A DNA stretch of 33,884 nt from a virus (IMGVR_UViG_3300037010_000544:1-33884), one strand, 5' to 3'. Shown: positions 1-7,096, counted from the first letter of the stretch. A program made the numbers and translations. Notes: generated from the letters alone by a model not told the origin.

Positions 1-245
1 AAGTTCCGTTGGTAAATGCGGGCATCGGTGTACCTGTTAATTCTGTCCTTCGTGGTGTGTGAGTACCAGTTGCCGGGATGCAGAGTGATACGTCCGTCGG
101 GATAGAATCTAATAATGTCAGTGCGGTACAACTGGATTGCCAGGTAATCACCCCTGTCAAAAATACGGGTATTATTTGCTATCGGCTTACCGTTAGCACG
201 ATTACGCGCAGTGTCGAGTAAGTTTCTTGCTTGTGAGTAATTCAT
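1..245 (-). CDS. Hypothetical phage protein, runs off the window's left edge
   Basis: Manual translation MNYSQARNLLDTARNRANGKPIANNTRIFDRGDYLAIQLYRTDIIRFYPDGRITLHPGNWYSHTTKDRINRY...; AGGAGG SD upstream; open to position 1; absent from the ORF track because it is truncated. Confidence 0.85.
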   Translation of the reverse strand, partial: MNYSQARNLLDTARNRANGKPIANNTRIFDRGDYLAIQLYRTDIIRFYPDGRITLHPGNWYSHTTKDRINRYTDARIYQRN

Positions 246-254
246 TACATCCTC

Positions 255-518
255 CTAGGAAAAGAGCAAGTACGAAGGGTTCGCATGCACACGTTCGAAG
301 CGAGTTTCGCTGAAAGCTACGCCGATTATCTGAGCGCCCGTTTCAAGGGTACTGTATTTTGTTTGTGTTATTAGCTCTATGTCGATACGCGGACGTGCTC
401 TACTGAGCATATATTTTTTCAACACTTTGAATATGACCCCGTAGAACCCAGGAGAGGTTTCGTCGCTTTTCGTGAACCGGAGGGTGTCTCCCTCTTGGAT
501 ATCGTCAAACCTAACCAT
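255..518 (-). CDS. Small hypothetical protein (SH3-like beta protein, paralogue of 3598-3861)
   Basis: 87 aa, GGAGG SD; DDIQEGDTLRF...GVIFKV...FERV similar to DDIVPGELYVF...GVVVRA...FERY. Confidence 0.75.
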   Translation of the reverse strand: MVRFDDIQEGDTLRFTKSDETSPGFYGVIFKVLKKYMLSRARPRIDIELITQTKYSTLETGAQIIGVAFSETRFERVHANPSYLLFS

Positions 519-519
519 G

Positions 520-774
520 TTACACCTCCAGCGTAAGCGGAACTACATACCAGAGCGAGTCGTCGAGCGCTGCACGACCCCAGTCTTTTGCTTCTTTCTT
601 ATTGGTGAACGGACCGTAGATTACAGCAGGTGTGTCACCGGCTATGATGCAGTATTGCCGATCAAGACGTTCGCCGTTAACGCCAAACCCTGATACTTCC
701 ATGAACCGCGATAGCTTCGATTCGATGCGAATGAGCCGGCTATGTACCTCGTCAATGTCTTTATTTGTTAGCAT
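520..774 (-). CDS. Hypothetical protein
   Basis: 84 aa, tightly packed in the leftward operon, overlaps the peptidase 3' end, AAGGGG SD. Confidence 0.75.
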   Translation of the reverse strand: MLTNKDIDEVHSRLIRIESKLSRFMEVSGFGVNGERLDRQYCIIAGDTPAVIYGPFTNKKEAKDWGRAALDDSLWYVVPLTLEV

Positions 775-1744
775 TTTTTAACCCCTTCTTCGGATGGAAG
801 TGGGCATATATTACAGCGGCCACTTCGTCGCTGTCCCACATGCAGGCGCTTTCGAGCTGTGACAAACTCATGTTGCGCAAACGCTCTATGGTCAGCGGTT
901 TGGTTTTTTTGTACTTGGTGCCCCAGTCGTATCCTGTGTAAACAGGCGGGATATAAACTTCCTTCGGGTCACGTGCTGTGGGTAAACTTTCCCAGTCAAT
1001 TTTTACTACAGCGTCACGCAGTGCGTGCAAATGTGCTACATCCAACCATTCGCTCGGACCGTGCTCGTTGTAGTATCCACAGCTAAGGTTCGTACATTCG
1101 GGAATAGTATCCCGGTAGTTCGCCGTGTCAGTGAAACTACCCGTTGCTGCTGCATACGTCAGCCCCTGCTCCTTGAGCTGCGCTGACAGTGCCTTGACAA
1201 AGACATCTGAGCAGCACCTTCCGCCGCGCTGGTGGTCGATAATGTCACCTGTACCCTTGCGGTCGAATGCCACAGCGCGTTTGAATCGTCCCAGGAACTC
1301 GGTATTGAATGATAGTGAACGACTACCCAGCCCTCCTATTTCTTCGCTGTGATGGAACACGTAGGTTCCCGGCACACTGGCGTCGATCATTTCAAGAAGC
1401 AGGTACATCCCCGCCCCATCGTCAGCCCCCAGGCAGTCGCGGTCGTAGGTTCCAAACACCGCCGGCCGATCGGGCGAATCAATCGGCGGCTTGACCAGTG
1501 GTGCGTTGTCCAAGTGCACGCTCTCGAAATTTTCATCGTATACAAGGCGCTGAATCCCAGGCTTGGAATGTACCGTGTCGGTGTGGCACGAGAACAGCGT
1601 AGTGGATTCCCCCACCTTGATCACTACGTTACCATTCATCAAGGTATGCGGATACTTGTCCGTAATTACTTCCTTAATAACGAACGCTTCCGATGTCGAT
1701 CCCGCCGGGCGTCGATGGCTCAAGATTTTAATAAGTCTGTCCAT
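761..1744 (-). CDS. M20/M28-family zinc metallopeptidase-like protein
   Basis: Metal-binding motifs in family order: SCHTDTVH, LGADDGAG, SEEIGGLG, AFDR, FTDT, YYNEH; AAGGA SD. Confidence 0.85.
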   Translation of the reverse strand: MDRLIKILSHRRPAGSTSEAFVIKEVITDKYPHTLMNGNVVIKVGESTTLFSCHTDTVHSKPGIQRLVYDENFESVHLDNAPLVKPPIDSPDRPAVFGTYDRDCLGADDGAGMYLLLEMIDASVPGTYVFHHSEEIGGLGSRSLSFNTEFLGRFKRAVAFDRKGTGDIIDHQRGGRCCSDVFVKALSAQLKEQGLTYAAATGSFTDTANYRDTIPECTNLSCGYYNEHGPSEWLDVAHLHALRDAVVKIDWESLPTARDPKEVYIPPVYTGYDWGTKYKKTKPLTIERLRNMSLSQLESACMWDSDEVAAVIYAHFHPKKGLKNANK

Positions 1745-1754
1745 GATGATTCCT

Positions 1755-1997
1755 TTAAATGAATAGCGCGTCGGCTGGGTTGGGGTAGCTGAGATTTTTC
1801 AATTCGTTTTTATCTACCATGTAGTTGTAACGGTTTCTAGTATCGAAATTTATTCGTACTGATCCTGGATGCTCAATTTCGTCGCGTTGAAGGGACGACA
1901 TGACCACTCCTTCATCTCCGTCCACATAGTCACCGTATACACATCTCCGCTCGTCCAGGGAGACGCGCACCCTGTCACCTACTCTAAATTCAGGCAT
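1755..1997 (-). CDS. Small hypothetical protein with KOW/SH3-like N-terminus
   Basis: 80 aa, FRVGDRVRV...GDEGVV; AAGGAGG SD. Confidence 0.8.
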   Translation of the reverse strand: MPEFRVGDRVRVSLDERRCVYGDYVDGDEGVVMSSLQRDEIEHPGSVRINFDTRNRYNYMVDKNELKNLSYPNPADALFI

Positions 1998-2008
1998 GTC
2001 GGCCTCCT

Positions 2009-3586
2009 TTACTCAGTATCCAGCAGGTTGCGAATATCCCAGACCGGATCGAACTTCGCACGCAGTGCTTCCGCTAGCTGGTTGCTCGGCAAATTGAGCA
2101 GATAGTACACAGTGGCCCACGCTTCGGCACGTATAATGCCCGCCCGGCTCTTGGATTTCACCACGTCCTGTAGAAACCCCATCAGCGTTTGTGTTTCCAT
2201 CTTGGCCGGCACGCAGTGCGGATGGTATAGCGCCTTGGAATATGCGTCCCCACCTACGCGCCATGTATTGGTTCGGATTTCATCCGGCGTTGCGAACACC
2301 CGTACACCGTCTTTGACTCCACAGCAGAACGCCCCGTTTGCGTTCCGGATAAACCCTCCCTTGTGGTGTGGCAGTGCATTGTTTCGGTGTGTCCATTCCC
2401 CGCTCCGGAGTTGCACTAACCTAAGAGCTTCTTTATCTACGGTATCAAGGTATCGACGCCCGTCGATGATTATGGTGTTTTCTCGCCGTACATACTCATT
2501 TACTGATTCGCTAACCATTGTCGCCACGTAGTGTGTGTCCCTACAACTCGCGCAAACTTTTCCTCCCCCATGTACTGGCGTGAGCTTGCGCGGGCTAAAC
2601 AGGTTTCCGCAACAAACACAGGGTTCATGGTTCGCGGGATTCTCGATATACACCCTGCCTTCACGGGTAGCTGCAGCGCTATCCGCACCTCGCGTTACGC
2701 GGATATAGTCACCGTCAATCTTCACCATTTGCACAGGAGTATCGAGGTACGGCAGGATATAGAAATCTGGTTTTTCCGGCGCCGGCAATTTCAGCAATCG
2801 AGCGCCTTCGAGTCCTAGCGCCTCACTTCCTCGGCTGAATTCATCTACGAATCCCATTTCCCTGAGCCGGGTGGCGAGCACTGAGTCCCCGTACACACGG
2901 GTATATCTGGGTGGTGTCACGCCTATGTGGCAGACAGTACGTGCGTTGATTCGCCCATCCCGCTTGGTATACGCCACAACAGTGTCCGGCCCTGCGTACG
3001 CACGAACCGGGTGAACGCCTCCGGTGTTTACTTTCCAATACTGCATTTGATCTGGTCTACCGTCCATGCAGCTTTGGGGCCCGTTGAGGTATACCTCTTC
3101 GATTTCGTCTTCGGTAGAAGCCCAGAGTACCAGACCTTCTTCGCATTTTTCGCGGTGCCGGTCTACCCACTGTTTGATTGCCTCATTGTCGAGGTGTTCG
3201 GCGTAGTATTTCTGCAGGTACTTGCCTACCTTCATGCGGATTTGTACGTCTTGCCGCCCTTTTTCAGGGTTCGGTGTGTACGCCAGCATCGTGTTGTCGT
3301 CGTCGCTCACGTGGACGAAATGGAGCGGGTTTACCCATGGTTCGGCGGCAAACACTACCGGCGTGTAGGTGTGTATGAGTGTTTTTAGCTTGGTGTTGTC
3401 TGAGCTACGAATGAGCTCGCGCCAAATCCAGAAGTTTTCTTCGTTAGGTCCGGCGTTGCCCGCGAGTTCGTAGTATTTGACTACCTTCTCATACGCGGGC
3501 CGTAAACCGCATGTTGTAGGGAATGTCCAGAAGCTGTTCAGCCATTCGGTGTATTGTTCGAGGTTTGTTACTTTGTTTTTGCTCAT
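2009..3586 (-). CDS. Hypothetical protein (525 aa) with CxxC...CxxC zinc ribbon
   Basis: Long ORF; start moved to MSKNK because AGGAG SD precedes 3586; CVCCG...CASC motif; GPQSCM and PYLD motifs. Confidence 0.85.
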   Translation of the reverse strand: MSKNKVTNLEQYTEWLNSFWTFPTTCGLRPAYEKVVKYYELAGNAGPNEENFWIWRELIRSSDNTKLKTLIHTYTPVVFAAEPWVNPLHFVHVSDDDNTMLAYTPNPEKGRQDVQIRMKVGKYLQKYYAEHLDNEAIKQWVDRHREKCEEGLVLWASTEDEIEEVYLNGPQSCMDGRPDQMQYWKVNTGGVHPVRAYAGPDTVVAYTKRDGRINARTVCHIGVTPPRYTRVYGDSVLATRLREMGFVDEFSRGSEALGLEGARLLKLPAPEKPDFYILPYLDTPVQMVKIDGDYIRVTRGADSAAATREGRVYIENPANHEPCVCCGNLFSPRKLTPVHGGGKVCASCRDTHYVATMVSESVNEYVRRENTIIIDGRRYLDTVDKEALRLVQLRSGEWTHRNNALPHHKGGFIRNANGAFCCGVKDGVRVFATPDEIRTNTWRVGGDAYSKALYHPHCVPAKMETQTLMGFLQDVVKSKSRAGIIRAEAWATVYYLLNLPSNQLAEALRAKFDPVWDIRNLLDTE

Positions 3587-3597
3587 GATTAATACTC

Positions 3598-3861
3598 CTA
3601 ATTGAATAATTGATCGGATGCGCTCTGTACGCACGGATATCGTTCGAAGAAGTTTACTTTTAGGGGGAGTTGTCTCCCTACCGCATATCCTAAGCTACGG
3701 ATTCCATCGGTTAACTCAATTATTTTGAATACGTAGAACGCATTCGAGCGTTCGTAACGGCCAATAGCCCGAACAACTACTCCTACCCAGCGGGAGAAAG
3801 CGGGGTTTGTAAATACGTACAGCTCGCCGGGGACGATATCATCTGCTGTCAGTTTAGGCAT
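3598..3861 (-). CDS. Small hypothetical protein (paralogue of 255-518)
   Basis: 87 aa, AGGAG SD, similarity to the 255-518 product. Confidence 0.8.
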   Translation of the reverse strand: MPKLTADDIVPGELYVFTNPAFSRWVGVVVRAIGRYERSNAFYVFKIIELTDGIRSLGYAVGRQLPLKVNFFERYPCVQSASDQLFN

Positions 3862-3870
3862 ATCGACTCC

Positions 3871-3905
3871 TAAATAAAAAGGCGGGGCGTTATGAGCGCC
3901 CCGCC
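3871..3905 (-). terminator. Rho-independent terminator (leftward)
   Basis: Minus strand GGCGGGGCG-ctcataa-CGCCCCGCC followed by TTTTTATTTA. Confidence 0.85.
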
Positions 3906-3921
3906 AAAGGCCCGTGATGAA

Positions 3922-4281
3922 TTAGGACAGGAGTGTGAGACTGTGATTGTCCAGATCGTTCGCCGTCAACGATACGAGTTTGTGTGTATCGTCACGACGG
4001 ACAAACACTGCCTTTTCGTCGCCCGTGGCGTCTCGATTGAGACGCTCCACTACGCCTTTGAACTCAAACTTGGCACCACGCCAATGGACATAATCGCCTA
4101 TTTCCACTCCGCAGAAGTCCTCGGAGGTGATGCGTGCATATGGTTCGTCCTGTTCCGGCGCGGAATCGTCTTGTTCGTTGACCAGTGCTGACGCGGATTT
4201 TTCCGGCGCGGTTTGCCCCATGCCTGCGAGCACGGCAAAGAAGTCTACGGTGGGGTTTTCAATAACGACGGTGATCTTCAT
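3922..4281 (-). CDS. Hypothetical protein
   Basis: 119 aa, AAGGAG SD; acidic linker, then an SH3-like segment VEIGDYVHW. Confidence 0.8.
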   Translation of the reverse strand: MKITVVIENPTVDFFAVLAGMGQTAPEKSASALVNEQDDSAPEQDEPYARITSEDFCGVEIGDYVHWRGAKFEFKGVVERLNRDATGDEKAVFVRRDDTHKLVSLTANDLDNHSLTLLS

Positions 4282-4346
4282 GGTGATTCTCCTTGGTTAA
4301 GTTAAATTGTGAGTCAATACTACACGGGGCGCCTCTCGGCGTTAGC

Positions 4347-4481
4347 TCATGCGATGCAAACTACCTTCAGCCTGCCGTTAGACAGACCTAGGAAGTCTAC
4401 CGCAAGAATGAGGGCCTCGACAGAATGCGAGGCGAAAACGGTTAACTGTTCGGTTTTGTTAGACACGATGTAGGTGTGCAT
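4347..4481 (-). CDS. Small hypothetical protein (44 aa), below ORF-track cutoff
   Basis: MHTYIVSNKTEQLTVFASHSVEALILAVDFLGLSNGRLKVVCIA*; AGGAG SD 7 nt upstream. Confidence 0.65.
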   Translation of the reverse strand: MHTYIVSNKTEQLTVFASHSVEALILAVDFLGLSNGRLKVVCIA

Positions 4482-4617
4482 GGCGCTACTCCTGGTTGTT
4501 TTGTTAAACGCACGGTTCTACTTCGGCAGGTTTTGCTAGGTGCGAAGTGATCTACCTCGGTAGGTTTGTTAGCAATTATCCAAATGTTAGCCCCTAATTA
4601 GAAAATGGGGCATTTTT

Positions 4618-4630
4618 TAAGTGCTTGATT
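4618..4630 (-). promoter_or_regulatory. IHF-binding consensus site
   Basis: Minus strand AATCAAGCACTTA matches WATCAANNNNTTR exactly. Confidence 0.6.
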
Positions 4631-4892
4631 TTGCGATAATTATCCAATTATCCAATTATCTGAGTGAATGAACGCAAATTTGTGGGTAGACTTTCTACGG
4701 TGTGTTAACCTGTTAGCTCGTAGATTTTTACCGCTACACGGGGTTTTATATATATACGTATTTCTAATTGTATAAATAGGGGCTAACAAGTTCGTTCCGG
4801 CTAGTGTTTATAGGGCTTCCAGCCTGTTAACCCGTTTTCTAAAACCCCGGATAATTGGATAATTACCCGTAGATGTTAGCTCGCTCCGCTCG

Positions 4893-4905
4893 CAAGTCCT
4901 TGATT
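4893..4905 (-). promoter_or_regulatory. IHF-binding consensus site
   Basis: Minus strand AATCAAGGACTTG matches WATCAANNNNTTR exactly. Confidence 0.6.
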
Positions 4906-5025
4906 TTGCTTGAGGTAGCTAACACGCGCGAGCTAACATTTGTCCTGGTGTTAGCTCAAATTTTTGCTCGCAGGTAGCTAAAATCGCGTGGTAGCGCTTC
5001 ATCCGCTGTTAGCTCGCTACGCTCG

Positions 5026-5038
5026 CAAGTTATTGATT
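5026..5038 (-). promoter_or_regulatory. IHF-binding consensus site
   Basis: Minus strand AATCAATAACTTG matches WATCAANNNNTTR exactly. Confidence 0.6.
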
Positions 5039-5117
5039 TTCCTGCGAGTAGCTAACACAGACAAGCTAACATTTGCCGGCTATTAACCCGCTACGCTCGA
5101 TTTTTTGCTCGATGTAG

Positions 5118-5276
5118 CTAACAGAGTAGGGCTAACAGCCGACAAATGTTAGCTCGGTGGGGCTGTAATGCGCCGCCTCGGTAAGCGCCCGGCCCTCGCG
5201 CCGGATTGGCCTTTATGCAACCGCTGACGACGTAGGCGCGCCGCCGCCTATCCGCTACAAGGCGCGTTTTATGCAT
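5118..5276 (-). CDS. Possible small basic protein (52 aa)
   Basis: MHKTRLVADRRRRAYVV...; AGGAG SD with 11-nt spacer; 3' end runs into the repeat array. Confidence 0.35.
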   Translation of the reverse strand: MHKTRLVADRRRRAYVVSGCIKANPARGPGAYRGGALQPHRANICRLLALLC

Positions 5277-5307
5277 GGGTAGATTATCTCCTGTTCTGGT
5301 GCTGTTA

Positions 5308-5484
5308 TCATTGCCGGGCGCGGTAGTATGCGTCCTGGTCGGCGAGGTGCTGGACTTCGCCTGGTACTGGATAGCCGGTGGGATACCAGAGATTGCACCT
5401 TTGGCCATCAATGCTACTCTCATACGTGGCATTGATCTTGCCGCCCTCTTCATATCGTGCTGCTATGAGAATCCATGTTTCCAT
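5308..5484 (-). CDS. Small hypothetical protein (58 aa)
   Basis: METWILIAARYEEGGK...; GGGAG SD places the start at 5484. Confidence 0.65.
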   Translation of the reverse strand: METWILIAARYEEGGKINATYESSIDGQRCNLWYPTGYPVPGEVQHLADQDAYYRARQ

Positions 5485-5498
5485 GATTTTCTCCCATA

Positions 5499-5536
5499 AT
5501 AAAAACAAAAGGGACTACGGATAATCCGTAGTCCCT
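5499..5536 (-). terminator. Rho-independent terminator (leftward)
   Basis: 12-bp stem AGGGACTACGGA/TCCGTAGTCCCT followed by TTTGTTTTT on the minus strand. Confidence 0.9.
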
Positions 5537-5593
5537 AGAATCAATTAAAACAGGGCAAGAACGCATCGGCGCGCCCTTGCCCTTGTCACCCTA

Positions 5594-6172
5594 TTATGCC
5601 GCTACGCGAAGCGGCTGGAATGCGTTTATACGCATTTCCATCAGGTATTGCGACAAGGCCAGCGCTTCTTCCTCGCTGACCTCGATCAGCTCCCCCTTTA
5701 TGACCAATCCATACATCACGGGATTGGCCGTGACATATTCGCCTTCAATCGTTTCGCCTTCGATAATTTCAGGCGCGGATTCCACAACAGGCGCGGATTC
5801 CACAACAGGCGCGGATTCCACAACAGGCGCGGCGGCCTTCTTTGCCGCCCTTTGTTCCTTTTGGATGCGCCGGATTTCGGCTTGCGCCGCAAATACGGTT
5901 CCCACCATGGCTTGTGCCATGTTTTCGGCGCGGGCTTCAGTCATGGAGAGGTCCCGTTTTCCTGTATTCAGCGGAAGCTTTTTGATCTTCTCACCCAGCC
6001 AGGCCGGCGCGGCCTCAACCAATTGCGCCTTGAGGTTCACCCGTGCGCCGTCTACTACCCTCCCGTTTTTGTGGTACTGATACACCACGTATGCTACCGC
6101 TTCTTGCACTGCTTCTTGCAGGGCAATGTCAGATTTTTTGATAGCGGCAATCAACTGGTTAAACGTTTTCAT
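5594..6172 (-). CDS. Hypothetical protein, first gene of the leftward arm
   Basis: Start MKTFNQL with GAAAGGA SD; alpha-helical N-terminus, (APVVES)3 repeat, C-terminus LRVAA. Confidence 0.85.
   Translation of the reverse strand: MKTFNQLIAAIKKSDIALQEAVQEAVAYVVYQYHKNGRVVDGARVNLKAQLVEAAPAWLGEKIKKLPLNTGKRDLSMTEARAENMAQAMVGTVFAAQAEIRRIQKEQRAAKKAAAPVVESAPVVESAPVVESAPEIIEGETIEGEYVTANPVMYGLVIKGELIEVSEEEALALSQYLMEMRINAFQPLRVAA
5770..5832. repeat. 18-bp in-frame tandem repeat x3.5
   Basis: caggcgcggattccacaa x3 plus a partial copy; encodes APVVES on the minus strand. Confidence 0.95.
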
Positions 6173-6200
6173 GATTTTTCCTTTCATTGAATAAATTAAC

Positions 6201-6236
6201 TAAACAAAAAGAGGCCACGAAAAATCCGTGGCCTCT
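6201..6236 (-). terminator. Rho-independent terminator (leftward)
   Basis: Stem AGAGGCCACG/CGTGGCCTCT followed by TTTTGTTTA on the minus strand. Confidence 0.9.
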
Positions 6237-6239
6237 CAA

Positions 6240-6830
6240 AATTTTCGATAAAGAACCAATTATTCGCGGACAATTGGCGATACCGTTTAATGCGCCTTAT
6301 GCAAAGCGCATTAAAGATTCTGGTCAATTCCAGTCAGAGCCCTTTACTTACCGGTGGCGGCAACCACACACAACCCCATGCAACAAATATGCCAGACAAT
6401 ATGACGGCATGCTTAGATAACATGGGTTAATCCTTGTTCCCTCAATTTTCGCCTTGATTGTTTCGCACACCATGCAAAACTGCATGTAATGCGCCGGCAT
6501 TGGACTATCCGGAAAAACCTTTACGGCGCCTGACCTATTTACATGCCCACGGTGTGCCGTGCGATGTCAGGGACTTGCATGGTCAAATTTCACGATGGCC
6601 GGCGTCATTGCCGGTCAAACTTTTACAGGTATTTGACGACCTGCAAAACTGCGCATCCTGCTGCCTTGTCCGTTTTGTTGACCGCTAACGCACTTGCTGG
6701 TTGATAACGCCTTTGGTGTTTCAAGCGGTATCACCTGAATGCGGTTCGCTTCTGCCATGCCGCGCGGGCATGGTCTTACGTGAACCACGGAATGCAGTCT
6801 AATTGACGCGCAAATTTTGAAAGATCAGGT
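6240..6830 (-). ncRNA. Candidate large structured RNA / leader (unclassified; strand tentative)
   Basis: At least ten stems by eye, including a nested multi-stem domain 6469-6583; no ORF with SD; ends at a minus-strand terminator; G-U wobble evidence for strand is mixed. Confidence 0.5.
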
Positions 6831-6892
6831 ATTGCTACCAATGGCATGGCGTCAACCAGCCGCGCTGGGCTGTGATTTTTTATGGGTCAAAA

Positions 6893-7060
6893 GGCGTCAA
6901 CCCCAGGGTATGGGACCAACCCCGCCCCAGGGGGGGAGGCCGATTTTACCTACCTCACTCACAGCACCCCCCAAATTTCCACTCCTGTAAGCCAGTATAC
7001 ACCCATCAAACTCCCCTCCCCCGTAAAACCCCACACCTGTAACCCCCAATACATTACCCA
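6893..7060. other. C-rich strand-biased region upstream of terS, candidate packaging start / genome end
   Basis: CCCCAGGG x2, a G7 run, many C-runs; position just before the small terminase and between the divergent arms. Confidence 0.3.
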
Positions 7061-7061
7061 C

Positions 7062-7090
7062 TTGACACAAACCTCCCCGCCTGATAGCGT
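7062..7090 (+). promoter_or_regulatory. Sigma70-type promoter for the late arm
   Basis: TTGACA-17 nt-TAGCGT with extended TGn; predicted +1 falls on the ATG at 7097. Confidence 0.65.
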
Positions 7091-7096
7091 TATCCA

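Larger units (their letters stand above)
4874..5075 (+). repeat. Imperfect ~69-bp direct repeat, 133-bp period
   Basis: tgttagctcgct(c/a)cgctcgcaagt..ttgatttt...gtagctaacac....agctaacatttg at 4874-4942 and 5007-5075. Confidence 0.9.
4568..5153. promoter_or_regulatory. Putative replication origin / protein-binding array
   Basis: AT-rich core 4744-4778; 17-bp perfect inverted repeat 4637-4653/4849-4865; 12-bp IR 4585-4596/4777-4788; 14 GTTAGC/GCTAAC hexamers; three IHF consensus matches; no credible ORF. Confidence 0.6.

Noticed and set aside
4576-4660. DnaA boxes (TTATCCAAA / TTATCCAAT)
   Set aside because: One or two mismatches to TTATCCACA, and the 7-bp period makes 9-mers overlap; better explained as phage-specific iterons, though not excluded.
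4874-5153. CRISPR-like or mini-array
   Set aside because: Only two long imperfect units and short hexamers in both orientations; no constant repeat-spacer periodicity and no cas genes.
5577-6190. Plus-strand ORFs 5577-6080 and 5648-6190
   Set aside because: Antisense shadows of the SD-led minus-strand gene 5594-6172.
6187-6688. Plus-strand ORFs 6187-6420 and 6458-6688
   Set aside because: No SD, TTG starts, no recognisable protein features, opposite to the local gene direction and overlapping dense stem-loops.
6240-6830. tRNA, tmRNA or group I/II intron identity for the structured region
   Set aside because: No cloverleaf with a T-loop, no tag reading frame, no recognisable catalytic core motifs, and no interrupted gene flanking it; a covariance-model search is still needed.
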